From contig NC_086097.1 in the NCBI RefSeq assembly GCF_963921235.1, positions 111,044,001 through 111,108,000 on the forward strand: 64,000 bases of DNA, written 5' to 3'. Numbering within the stretch: the stretch's first letter is position 1; every line of letters begins with the position of its first letter. This document shows positions 12,931-24,752 of this stretch, piece after piece. This DNA comes from Mobula hypostoma (lineage: Eukaryota). The translations under genes were made by a program, and so were the position numbers. The notes below the pieces were generated by a model, which was not told the DNA's origin, made no database searches, and saw only the letters and a list, made by a program, of their open reading frames with translations.

Positions 12931-15900
12931 ATGGAGTCTATTATTAATTTTGTCTCCTGGAATACTAATGGTCTTAATCATCCTATTAAAAGGAAAAAAG
13001 TTTTTAAAGTGTTCCGGAGACTTAAAGCACAAATTTTATTTTTACAAGAGACCCATGTACGGAGGGGGGACAGACTACGTTTTTTCAAATTCTGGAAGGG
13101 ACAACAATTTCATTCGAACTCCAATGCTAAGATTCGAGGCGTCTCTATTTTTATAGACTCCTCAGTTACTTTTATACAACAGGATATTATCTCTGATCCG
13201 AATGGTAGATTTTTATTGGTTAGTGGTTTACTATTTAATAAAAAAGTAGTTTTGGTTAATGTTTATGCTCCTAATATGGATTGTCCGGAATTTTATAAAT
13301 CATTGTTTGATCAGTTTCCGAATTTGAACGAGTTTTCATTGATTTGGGGCGGAGATCTTAATACCTGTTTATCTCCAGCTTTGGACCGTTCGGCTCCTTT
13401 ACGGACTTTACCTAATAAATCTGCAAATTTGATTAATTTTTTCCTTTCTGATTCTGGGTCGACGGACATTTGGCGTTTTCTGCATCCTCAGGAAAAAGAT
13501 TTTTCCTTCTTTTCACATGTTCATCATTCCTATTCAAGAATTGATTATTTTTTCATTGATTCTCGTCTCATTCCTTCAGTGATTAAATGTGATTATGATT
13601 CTATAACCATTTCGGATCATGCTCCACTTAAGCTTTCTATTAAAATTATGGCCAATATACCAAACAATAGACAATGGCGTTTTAATTCGCTGTTGCTTCA
13701 GGACTCGGACTTTGTTAATTTTATGAATGAACAGATTGAGCTTTTTTTTACAATTAACCATACAGAAGATATTTCGGTTAACACTCTTTGGGACACTTTT
13801 AAAGCCTATATTCGGGGTCAGATTATTTCGTATTCCGTTGCTTTGAGGAAGAAACAGAAGCAGGAGGAGATGGCAATTGTGGACAAGATTAAAGAAATTG
13901 ATAAGAAATATGTTATGGCTCCTTCTGAGGAGCTATACAAACAAAGAACTGAACTTCAAATGGAACACAGTTTACTACTCTCGTCCTCGATTGTAAACCA
14001 ATTAAAGAAAACAAGAAGTGATTTTTATGTTCACAGTGATAAAATTGGCAAGCTGCTGGCTAATCAATTGAAATCTAATTATGTTAAATCTCAAATCAAT
14101 CAGATTTATAACCAAAATGATCGATTGATATTGGATCATGTGGGGATTAATCAAACCTTTTGTGATTTTTATTCTTCTTTATATCAATCAGAGTCTCCTC
14201 GAGATTCTAAATATATGAATGATTTTTTAGATAAGTTAGACTTCCCTCAGATTTCACAGGATATGTCTTCTTTATTAGATACTTCCATTACAATGGATGA
14301 GATTAAGAATGTTATTTTTTCTATGAATCTGGGGAAAGCTCCTGGCCCTGATGGGTTTACCGTTGAATTTTATAAATGTTTTGCTTCTTTATTGATTCCT
14401 TGGCTCTATAAGGTTTTTGAGGCTTCTTTGAAACTTGGTAAACTTCCGGAATCTTTTAATAGAGCATCAATTTCTTTAATACTAAAGAAGGATAAAGACC
14501 CTGCTCAATGTGCATCTTATAGACCAATATCTTTATTAAATGTTGATTCTAAAGTTTTTTCTAAGTTATTAGCAAATAGACTAGAAAAAGTACTTCCTTC
14601 TATTATTTCGGAAGACCAAACGGGTTTTATTAAAGGTCGTTACTCTTTTTATAATATTCGTACATTGTTAAATATCGTTTATAATCCCTCACAAAATGTT
14701 CCTGAGTGTGTTATTTCTTTAGATGCCGAGAAAGCTTTTGATAGAGTAGAATGGCCTTATTTATTTAAGGTGCTTGAAATGTTTAATTTTAGCTTGAAAT
14801 TTATATCCTGGATTAAACTGTTATATCACTCCCCTGTAGCCTCGGTTCGTACTAACTCCTTAAACTCACCTTTTTTTCCTCTCTTTCGTGGTACTCGACA
14901 AGGCTGTCCTCTTAGTCCCCTATTATTTGATATTGCATTAGAACCTCTTGCAATTGCTATTCGAGAATCTTTAAATATTACTGGGATAACTCGGGGATTA
15001 AAGTCCCATAAATTATCACTCTATGCTGATGATTTACTTTTATATATTTCTAATCCTGAGAGATCCATTCCTGCTGTTTTAGAGTTATTAGCACAATTTG
15101 GTCTTTTCTCAGGTTATAAATTAAATCTTAGTAAGAGTGAACTTTTTCCGATTAATAAACATCTTCCCTTATATTATAAATTTCCATTTAAATTGATTAA
15201 TAATTACTTTTCATATCTTGGGATTAAAATTACTTGTAAACATAAAGATTTATTTAAGACTAACTTTTTACCATTAATAGACCATATTACTCAACTTTCA
15301 TCTAAATGGTTTCCCTTATATTTAACTTTGATTGGTCGTATTAATGCAGTTAAGATGTTTTTTTTGCCAAAATTTTTATATGTGTTTCAGGCATTACCAA
15401 TTTTCGTTCCTAAATCTTTTTTTGATAAAGTTGACTCTAAAATTTCTTCATTTATTTGGCAGAATAAGAATCCGAGACTGGGTAAAATACATTTACAGAA
15501 AGCTAAGAGAGATGGAGGTTTAGCATTACCTAACTTTAGATTTTATTATTGGGCTATTAATATTCGACATATGAAATTTTGGTTACTTGACCGGGACATA
15601 CTATCTATTCCTAAATGGGTAGCATTGGAATTACAATCTGTTCAGGGTTATACACTTGGTTCTATTTTAGGTTCCTCTCTTCCTTTTGATTCGAAACGCC
15701 TTAAGCAGGTCTCTAACCCGATAGTTAAATATGCTTTGCGCATTTGGTTTCAATTCAGAAAATTTTTTGATCTTAATCAATTCGGGTTAGCGATTCCTAT
15801 TTTAGGTAACATATTTTTTCCTCCCTCTTTTACGGATCGCGCTTTTCAAACTTGGAAGACTAAGGGTATTTTACGGTTTTTGGATTTATTTTTAGATGGT

Positions 15901-16707
15901 TCCCTTATGTCTTTTGAACAATTATCTAATAAATATAACTTATCAAGAATACATTTTTTTAGATATTTACAAGTTAGAAATTTCCTAAGTACTATACTTT
16001 CTTCCTTTCCAATGCTTCCTCCTATATATATTTTAGATTCGATAATTAACCTTAATCCATGTCAGAAAGGTGCATCGGCTATGATTTATAATATTATTAT
16101 GAAACTTAGGAAAGCTCCATTTGATAAGATTAGGGTAGATTGGGAACAGGAATTGGGGCTTACCATTTCTGTGGATGATTGGGGGCAGATTTTACAATTA
16201 GTTAATACTTCCTCTATTTGTGCTAAACATTCCCTAATTCAATTTAAAGTGGTTCATAGAGCACATATGTCCAAAGATAAGTTAGCGCGTTTTTACTCGC
16301 ATATTAATCCTTTCTGTGATAGATGTTCGGGGCAGATAGCCTCTTTAACTCATATGTTTTGGTCTTGCCCTACTTTGGAAACTTTTTGGAGAGATATTTT
16401 CAATATTATTTCTAAGGTATTAAATATAGATATCTCTCCTCACCCTATTACTGCTATCTTTGGACTACCTAAAATTTCTAGTAATCTTTCCCCTTCAGCC
16501 CGTAGAATGATTGCATTTCTTACTTTAATGGCGAAAAGATGTATTTTACAATATTGGAAAGAGCTTAATGCTCCAACTACCTTTTTTTGGTTTTCTCAGA
16601 CGATTTTATGTTTGAATCTGGAGAAAATTAGAAGTAACCTTTATGATTCTTCATTTAAATTTGAACAGATTTGGGGACCTTTTATTCGATATTTTCATTT
16701 AATGTAA
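12931..16707 (+). CDS. L1 ORF2p (APE endonuclease, RT, CCHC knuckle), 1258 aa from the ATG at 12931
   Basis: SWNTNGLN, QETH, NVYAPN, GGDLN, SRIDYF, SDH; RQGCPLSP, YADD; C-terminal CDRC-x8-H-x4-C; no stops. Confidence 0.96.
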   Translation: MESIINFVSWNTNGLNHPIKRKKVFKVFRRLKAQILFLQETHVRRGDRLRFFKFWKGQQFHSNSNAKIRGVSIFIDSSVTFIQQDIISDPNGRFLLVSGLLFNKKVVLVNVYAPNMDCPEFYKSLFDQFPNLNEFSLIWGGDLNTCLSPALDRSAPLRTLPNKSANLINFFLSDSGSTDIWRFLHPQEKDFSFFSHVHHSYSRIDYFFIDSRLIPSVIKCDYDSITISDHAPLKLSIKIMANIPNNRQWRFNSLLLQDSDFVNFMNEQIELFFTINHTEDISVNTLWDTFKAYIRGQIISYSVALRKKQKQEEMAIVDKIKEIDKKYVMAPSEELYKQRTELQMEHSLLLSSSIVNQLKKTRSDFYVHSDKIGKLLANQLKSNYVKSQINQIYNQNDRLILDHVGINQTFCDFYSSLYQSESPRDSKYMNDFLDKLDFPQISQDMSSLLDTSITMDEIKNVIFSMNLGKAPGPDGFTVEFYKCFASLLIPWLYKVFEASLKLGKLPESFNRASISLILKKDKDPAQCASYRPISLLNVDSKVFSKLLANRLEKVLPSIISEDQTGFIKGRYSFYNIRTLLNIVYNPSQNVPECVISLDAEKAFDRVEWPYLFKVLEMFNFSLKFISWIKLLYHSPVASVRTNSLNSPFFPLFRGTRQGCPLSPLLFDIALEPLAIAIRESLNITGITRGLKSHKLSLYADDLLLYISNPERSIPAVLELLAQFGLFSGYKLNLSKSELFPINKHLPLYYKFPFKLINNYFSYLGIKITCKHKDLFKTNFLPLIDHITQLSSKWFPLYLTLIGRINAVKMFFLPKFLYVFQALPIFVPKSFFDKVDSKISSFIWQNKNPRLGKIHLQKAKRDGGLALPNFRFYYWAINIRHMKFWLLDRDILSIPKWVALELQSVQGYTLGSILGSSLPFDSKRLKQVSNPIVKYALRIWFQFRKFFDLNQFGLAIPILGNIFFPPSFTDRAFQTWKTKGILRFLDLFLDGSLMSFEQLSNKYNLSRIHFFRYLQVRNFLSTILSSFPMLPPIYILDSIINLNPCQKGASAMIYNIIMKLRKAPFDKIRVDWEQELGLTISVDDWGQILQLVNTSSICAKHSLIQFKVVHRAHMSKDKLARFYSHINPFCDRCSGQIASLTHMFWSCPTLETFWRDIFNIISKVLNIDISPHPITAIFGLPKISSNLSPSARRMIAFLTLMAKRCILQYWKELNAPTTFFWFSQTILCLNLEKIRSNLYDSSFKFEQIWGPFIRYFHLM

Positions 16708-17405
16708 TATTTACCCTTCTTGTTTTTTCTTCACTGTTTTAATGGAGGTCGGGATTGAGGACGTAATTTTAAGTTTAACTCTGTTTGGTTTCAAGTTAGC
16801 CCATTGCTTTGCTTTGCTTTTAGTTAGTTGCACGGTGGGTTTTTTTTTGGGGGTTTTTTTTTCTTTTTTTTTCCATTGATATATATAAAATCTAGTATAC
16901 TATTATGTTATCTTGGTTTCTTATGCTTAAATTACATTGTTTGTAGTATTTTCTTTTTGGTATTGTTATCTTTTGGAATTTTATTATACTTTAACATTGT
17001 ATTAATGTTTATATGGCTTACCTTTTTTGTATACTTACTCAATAAAAAGATTTAAAAAGGATAGTCAGAGGCTTATTCCCAGGGCTGAAATGGCTAGCAC
17101 AAGAGGCCATAGTTTAAGGGTGCTTGGAAGTAGGTACAGAGGAGATGTCAGGGGTAAGTTGTTGTTGTTGTTGTTGTTGTATTTTTTGTAACGCAGATTG
17201 CGGTGAGTGCATGGAACGGGCCGCCGCCGGTGGTGGTGGAGGCGGAAACAATTGGGTCTTTTAAGGGACTCCTGGATAGGTACATGGAGCTTAGAAAAAT
17301 AGAGGGCTATGGGTAAGCCTAGGTAGTTCTAAGGTGAGGACATGTTCGGCACAGCTTTGTGGACAGAAGCACCTGAATTGTGCTGTAGGCTTTCTGTGTT
17401 TCTAT

Positions 17406-18500
17406 GATCCAGGAAACTGAAGCCCTGCCCCCATCACCAGTGTCTCAGCCACACATTAATATGCCTAATCACGCTATTCTTGTGCTCGTTAGCACATGGC
17501 ACAGGTAGCAATCCCAAGATTACTACCCTGGAGATCCTGCTTTTCAGCTTCCTACCCAATTCCCTGAATTCCCTTTTCAGAACCTCCTCCCTTTTGCTAC
17601 CTATGTCAATGGTACCAACATGTACCAAGACTTCTGGCTGTTCACCCTCTCCCTTCAGAATACTCTGCACCCAGTCTAAGACATCCTGGCACCTGGGAGG
17701 CAACAGACCATGTAGGTATCTCTTTCAGGCTAACAGAATCTCCTGTCTGTTCCCCACACTATGGAATCCCCTAAGACAACCGCATTCCACATCTTCTTCT
17801 CTCCCTTCTGCACCACGGAACCAGGTTCAGTACCAGAGATCCAATCGCCATGGTCGTCCTCTGTCAGGTCACCCCCACCCCCCTCAACAGCATCCAAAAC
17901 AAGATAATGATTACTGAGGGGGATGGCCACAGTGGTGCTCTCTACTATCTGAGCTCTTCCCATCCCTTCCCTGATGGGCACCCACTTATCTAACTCCCAC
18001 AGCCTCAGGGTGACTAACTCCTTGTAGCTCCTATCTATCTCCTACTCACTTACCCTAATAAGCTGTAGATCATCAAGCCACAGCTCCAGGTCCCTAAGAG
18101 GGTCTCTCAGGAGCTACATCTCGGTGTACCTGGGGCACCTGAGAGACTGGAAGATTCCCAGGATTCCCACATGTGACACCCAGAGCAAAGTACAAACCCT
18201 ACAGACATGCTCTTGATTCCTTTAAAAAAAGAAAAAAAAAGACCACTTCCCCACTTACCTCGCCGAAGCCTGAATGAGCCAAAGCCCTACCACTCTGCCT
18301 CAGATCACTCCGTTGATGACCGTTCTGCTGGGCAGCATCTCCTTTTTATGCCTGAACCTTCCCTGCTATGTACCTCACGAATGGTGCTCTGGTTATAGCG
18401 GCTGATCGGCCATGTACAATGGACAAATATTCTAGAAGTTCCCTTTTTAAATAACCGCCGCCAACCTGCGAGAAATCCCTCTGTTGGCGCCGCTGACAGG
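17406..18500 (-). mobile_element. CR1 5' region with ORF1 SGNH-esterase remnant; probable continuation of the 5508-9520 element
   Basis: VVLGDSIV, VHVGTIDIG and VVILGLLPVP motifs. Confidence 0.8.
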
Positions 18501-18549
18501 CAGGACCAAACTACTGGAATATGAACACAGCAACATTTGAACAAAAGAA

Positions 18550-21345
18550 ACTGAAGGTTTTTGGATCATAGGGATTTCTCTTGAGACAGAAGTGATCTGT
18601 TCAAGGGGAGAGGTGGCGGACTGTACCTGAACTGGAGGCGGACTAATATGTTGGTGAGCAGATTTTCTGGTACTACTAGGGAGGGTTCAAAACTGCATGG
18701 GTGGGATCAAAAGAAGCAGTGAAACAGATGGGAGACTGGAAGTTGACACAGAATTCAACTACAGTAAATTCAGAAGATGGGCAAGCAGCAATGCAGAGAA
18801 CAAGGAAAAGAGGTTTCTGTAATGGCTATAACATATCTATTCCTTATAGCTATACATGGCATGAGTTCATCCTTCTTATCTTCAGGCCTCTTGCAATGTT
18901 TCATTGCTCCTATTAGTCAACAGGAATTAAAGGAACATGTATGCAGGAATTTTTCAGAAAGTTGTCAGAATAACAGGATTGTCGTATAAGGGGATTTTAA
19001 CTGCCATAGTGCTAAGGGCTTACTTTGATGGAGTAGAATTGGTTAAGTGTCCTCAAGAACGTTGCTTCACAAAACACAAAAAGCCCTGCTAGACTGAGGG
19101 TAAAACATGACTATTCTTGAGAAATACAGCAGGTCAAGTGACTGAGGTGAATTTAGGAGGGCACTTTGGAACCAGTGACCATGCTTCCATTGGCTTTAAT
19201 TCAGTCATGGAAAGAGACAGACCTGTTTGACAAGTTAAAGTTTTAACTTGGGCAAGGCAAATTTTGATAGTATTCGAAAGGAACTTGAAAAACTTGATTG
19301 GAGGAGGTGTGTCTGACAGAGTGATCAGCAGCACTGGGGCTCCACAGGGGACTGTCTCGTCTCCCTTTCTCTTCATCACTTACACCTCAGACTTCAACTA
19401 CTGCACAGAGTCTTGTCATCTTCAGAAGTTTTCTGATGACTTTGCCATAGTTGGATGCATCAGCAAGGGAGATGAGGCTGAGTACAGGGCTACGGTAGGA
19501 AACTTTGTCACATGGTGTGAGCAAAATTATCTGCAGCTTAATGTGAAAAAGACTAAGGAGCTAGTGGTAGACCTGAGGAGAGCTAAGGTACCGGTGACCC
19601 CTCGTTCCATCCAGGGGGTCAGTGTAGACATGGTGGAGGATTAAAAATATCTGGGGATACAAATTGACAATAAACTGGACTGGTCAAAGAATACTGAGGC
19701 TGTCTACAAGGGGGGTCAGCGCCGTCCCTATTTCCTGAGGAGACTGAGGTCCTTTAACATCTGCTGGACGATGCTGAGGATGTTCTACGAGTCTGTGGTG
19801 GCCAGTGCTATCATGTTTGCTGTTGTGTGCTGGGGCAGCAGGCTGAGGGTAGCAGACACCAACAGAATCAACAAACTCATTCGTAAGGCCAGTGATGTTG
19901 TGGGGATGGAACTGGACTCTCTCACGGTGGTGTCTGAAAAGAGGATGCTGTCTAAGTTGCATGCCATCTTGGTCAATGTTTCCCATCCACTACATAATGT
20001 ACTGGGTGGGCACAGGAGTACATTCAGCCAGAGACTCATTCCACCGAGATGCAGCACAGAGCGTCATAGGAAGTCATTCCTGCCTGTGGCCATCAAACTT
20101 TACAACTCCTCCCTTGGAGGGTCAGACACCCTGAGCCAATAGGCTGGTCCTGGACTTATTTCATAATTTATTGGCATAATTTACATACTACTATTCAACT
20201 ATTTATGGTTCTATTACTATTTATTATTTATGGTGCAACTGTAACAAAAACCAATTTCCCCTGGGATCAATAAAGTATGACTATGACTATGGCTATGATT
20301 AAACATGAAGATCTTGAAAGTGAGATCGCAAACAGGTTAGAGTAAGGGGCAAGGCCAACAGGTGTAGGAAACCCTATATGGCGATGGATATTCATAATCA
20401 ATAAAATAAAAAGCACCATGGGTCAGGTACAGGGAATTGCAGTTAAGTGATTCCCTAGAAGAGGTGCAGGATTACACTGAAAGAAAGGCCAAAAAGGGGG
20501 CACGTGAGATAGCTTTGATAGAGAAGAGCAAGAAGAATCAAAAGTGAAAAAGTCTAGAAAGAATACGACCTCTCAAAGAGCGCAGAGGAGCCTCAAGAAG
20601 TAGATGAGGTCCCCAACAAATATTTGTGTTTCTATCCTAGAGAATGACATGAAGACATCAAAATTTGAGACAGTTAATAGGGATAACTTGGGGATAGTTC
20701 ACATTGCAGCAGAGGTGACACTGGATGTCTCACAGGGTAGGTATAAAAAGCTGTAGGAAGCTAGAGAAGAAGCAGGAGCCCTAACTGAGATACATACATC
20801 ATTAGTGACAGGTGAAAAGCTAGAAAACTACAGGGAGGCTAACATTGTGCCTTTACCTCAGGACTGCAAAGAAAAATCTGGGTACTCTAGACCAGTAAGC
20901 TTAGCATCTGTGGTGAAGTTACTACAGGGAATTCTGAGGGATAAGATACACATACATTTGGAAAGACAAGAGTTGAATAGAGATAGTCAGCTTTGCGCAT
21001 AGAAGATCATGCTTCACAAATTTGATTCAAGCTTTCTCAAGAATCATCCCAGGAAGTCAATAAGGGCAGGGAAGTGCCACAGGCATAGTCCACATGGACT
21101 CAATAATACTTTTGATAAAGTCCCACACAATAGGCAGCTATGGAAAATTAAATCACATGGAATTCAGGGAGCACTAGCTAACTGAATACAAGAATGGTTT
21201 GACACAGTGAACAGGTGGAATATTGTTTTGGACTGGAGGATCATGATGGGTGGTGTACCCAGGAGATAGTGCAAGGCAAATTGCTATCTGTCATCTAAAT
21301 CAATAATCTGGATGGCAAATAAATCTGCAAATGACACTAAAATCA
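18550..21345 (+). mobile_element. Old, heavily decayed CR1 interrupted by a Rex1/Babar insertion
   Basis: Remnants such as ANIVPL and SRPVSLASVVKLLQGILRDKI. Confidence 0.65.
19294..20298 (+). mobile_element. 5'-truncated Rex1/Babar LINE (RT C-terminus and 3' UTR)
   Basis: TGAPQGTV, LQKFSDD, LNVKKTKELVVD motifs; (gactat)n tail. Confidence 0.85.
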
Positions 21346-22615
21346 CACAGTGGCTCTGACACAGTGTTTTGAAAGGCTCATTACAGCAAAATCATCTCCA
21401 GTCTCTCAGACAACCTCAACCTCTGGAATTTGACTACTATCAGGAACAGTTTCATGGCAGATGTCATTTCCTGGTCCAATACTCATCTCTAGAGCATCGG
21501 TTGAGTGAAGACACCTGTGCCAGACTACTGCCTTCAATACCATAACTTCAAGTAAATTTATTTCTAAACACCAAGACCTGAGACCCACCACCACCTTTTG
21601 CAACAGGATCCTTGACTTCTTGACCAACAGAGCACAATCAATAAAAATATTCAGCAACTCATCTGCCATAATTATCCTCAATGCTGGTGCCCCATGAGGC
21701 TGTGTCCTCAGCCCAACTTTATTCTCTATACACTTATGACAATGTAGACAGAATCTGTTCTAACTCCGTCTACAAGTTTGTAGTGGGCTGCAGATAAATA
21801 ATGATGTGTCTGAATACAGGAAGGAGATAGAGAGCTTAGTGGCACAGTGCCAAGGCAATTGTCCCTCAATGTCATCAAAATAAGTGTTGGTCATGCACCA
21901 AGAAGGGTGTGCAGTGCGCAGGCTCTTGTTTACATCAACAACGCTGAGGCCAGGCAGATCAAGTGCCTCAAGGTCCGGGGAGTGGACATCATGAATAGTC
22001 TGCTCTAGTCCAATTACACAGGCACCATGTTCAAGAAAGCACACCAACACCTCTGCTTCCTGAGGAGGATAAATACATTTGGCAACTCACCAACTTTTAA
22101 ATCAATACACCATGCAAGACAACAGGAATTCTGCAGATGCTGGAAATTCAAGCAACATACATCAAAGTTGCTGGTGAACGCAGCAGGCCAAGCAGCATCT
22201 ATAGGAAGAGGCGCAGTCGACGTTTCAGGCCGAGACCCTTCGTCAGGACAAAGGGTCTCGGCCTGAAACGTCGACTGCGCCTCTTCCTATAGATGCTGCT
22301 TGGCCTGCTGCGTTCACCAGCAATTTTGATGTATGTTACCATGCAAGACATCCTATCCAGGTGCATCACAGCTTGGTATGGCAACTGCTCTGCCTATGAC
22401 CACAAGAAACAATCCAGACTTACTGGCACAGCTCAGCAAATCAGGGAAACGAGCTTCCCATCAATGGACTCTGTCTATACTTCTCACTGCCCCAGTCAAG
22501 AGCCAACATATCAAAGGTCCCACCCAATGCTCTCTTTCTTCTCCCCTCTTCCATTGGGGAAAATATACAAAACTCTTAAATCATGTACCACCAGGCTCAC
22601 AGACAGTGTCTATCA
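21346..22615 (+). mobile_element. Old Rex1/Babar RT fragment, host of a Penelope mini-palindrome
   Basis: KKAHQHLCFLRR and CITAWYGNC remnants. Confidence 0.7.
22122..22337. mobile_element. Palindromic Penelope-like mini-insertion
   Basis: Arms meet near 22250; minus-strand hammerhead motif at 22215-22249; TSD accatgcaagaca at 22109-22121 and 22338-22350. Confidence 0.92.
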
Positions 22616-22829
22616 TGGTAGAGTCCCAGTGAGTATTGTAGAACAGAGTACATGGCATCACAGATAGATAGGGTGGTGAAAACAGCTTTCATCAGTCAAA
22701 CCAGTGAGTATAGATGTTATGCTGCAGTTTTAAGAGGTTGGTGAGGCCACATTTGTCATGTTCATTACTGGCAACCCTGCTTTAGCAAAAATGCTATTAA
22801 GCCGAAAGAGTGCCAAGGGATTGAACAAG

Positions 22830-23840
22830 GTAACACATACAAAATGCTCAAGGAACGCAGTAGGTCTCTCCTGCTTCCGTCAGCAGGGAACTCCACAACT
22901 TCCACCATCTTCAACAAGATCCTACCACTAAAGACATCCCACACCCCCATCCAACTTTCCACAAGGATCCCCCTCTCTGTGGTTCCATTATCCAACTGTA
23001 CCTCCCCAGTGCTCTTATTCCAGCACTTATCACTGCAATCAGGAGTGCTACATCTGTCCATTCATCTCCTCCCTCACATTCAGGGTCCCAAACAGTTTTT
23101 CCAGGTGAGGCAACACTTCACCTGTGAGTCTGTTGGGGTCAGCGACTGTATCCGGTGCTCCCAATGCAGCTTCCTCTACATCGGTGAGACCTAAAGTAGA
23201 TTGGGAGACCGCTTTGTCAAGCACCTTCATTCTGTCCGCAACAAGCAGGATTTCCCCTTGACCAACTATTTTAATTTCACTGCCCATTCCCATTCTGACA
23301 TGCAGTCCATGTAGTCCACTCTCTTCTGCCACAATGAGGCCACTGTCAGGAGGAGCAATACCTCATATCCATCTGGATTGCTTACAACCTTACAGCATGA
23401 ACATTGATTTCTCTAACTTCTGGAAATTTCTCTCCACCCCTCCTTCTGGCTCTCCCTGACTCATTTCTCTTTTCATACCTGCCTATCACCTCCCTCTGGT
23501 GCTCCTCCTCCTTCACTACTTCCCAGAATCCACTCTCCTCTCCTATCAGATTCCTTATTCTCCAGCCCTTTATCTTTTCCACCTATCACCTGCCAGCTTC
23601 TAACTCCATTCCCCCTTCCCCTACTTTCCTTCTCCCTGGCTTCACCTATCACCTACTAACCTGTACTCTTTCCCCATTCCACACCTCCTTATTTTGGCTT
23701 CTTTCTATTTCCTTTCCAATCCTGATGAAAGGTCTCAGCCTGAAACATTTGCTCTTTATTGCTCTCTATAGATGCTGCCTGTACTCCAGCATTTTGTGTG
23801 TGTTACTCTGGATTTCCAGCATCTACAGAATCTTGTGTTT
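22830..23840 (+). mobile_element. Older 5'-truncated Penelope-like element (GIY-YIG remnant and pLTR) with a short inverted 5' piece
   Basis: QHFTCESVGVSDCIRCSQCSFLYIGET; degenerate hammerhead near 23720-23747; TSD gggattga(a/c)caag at 22817-22829 and 23841-23853. Confidence 0.82.
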
Positions 23841-24752
23841 GGGATTGACCAAGATGCTGCCAGAACAAGAGAGGCTGATCATGCTGGGACTTCATGTCAC
23901 CCCTCATTTCCCACAATCCAGTGATGAGGTGTTTCAAATGATGAGAGGCATAAGTAGGGTGAATGCACAATCCTTTTTCCCCACAGTGGGGGCATCAAGA
24001 ACTGGAGAGGATTAGGGCGAGAGGGGACAAATTCAATAGAAAACTGAGGGAGAACTTTTTCCAAAATGAGAGTGATCCATATATGGAATGATATGGTAGA
24101 GGAAGTGGTTGAAGTTGTATGTTAACAGTATATAAAAGACTGCTGGATGGGTACATGGATAGAAGTTATATGGGGTCAAATGAAGGCAAACAGGACAAGT
24201 TTGGTTGGCATTGACCCATTGGGCAGAAGGGCCTGTTTCTGTGCTGTACAACTATTACTCTCAGTAGGCCATTTAACCCATGCCTACTCCATTAGTTACT
24301 AATTTCATGGCAAAATTCCAAAACTAAACTTTCATCTCTTAGTTGCTTTAATACAGTATCAAAAAAACCTTTTTTTGAAAATGCCTTTTTTGAAAATGTT
24401 TTAAGAAAATATTCCAAAGTTGCAATGAATTATTCCTCCTTCACTGACGACACCCCTTACAACATTCTTCCAAGTAATCTATAAACATGTATTAAAATAA
24501 CAAGAGCCCAAGGCATTTTTCACTAACTATGCTGCAAAAGATCTAAATAAAATTACAATTTATTGAATACATTTCATTGAATTTCATGGTCCAATCAGCT
24601 CACAATTACTGTATGTCTTGCACTAAAAAAAAATACCGATATGCTGTAGATTAAAAACCCCTCATTAAAAAAATGTAGTGATAAGCTGGAAACCATTCTT
24701 TAATTGCATCCAATATGCATCTTGTCCAGTCTTTGTTTAACAGAGCAACGTA

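Larger units (their letters stand above)
11155..17058 (+). mobile_element. Full-length L1-clade retrotransposon with both ORFs open
   Basis: Perfect 16-bp TSD ggatagtcagaggctt at 11139-11154 and 17059-17074; 5' GGGG start; AATAAA at 17041 and short A tail; 720-bp T-rich inter-ORF spacer. Confidence 0.96.
9526..17405 (+). mobile_element. 5'-truncated CR1 LINE split by the L1 insertion (parts 9526-11154 and 17059-17405)
   Basis: IKENPKAFYK, QHGFVKGRSCLT and RPHVEYCAQFWSPHY motifs; sequence resumes exactly after the L1 TSD; ttctatg tail. Confidence 0.9.
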
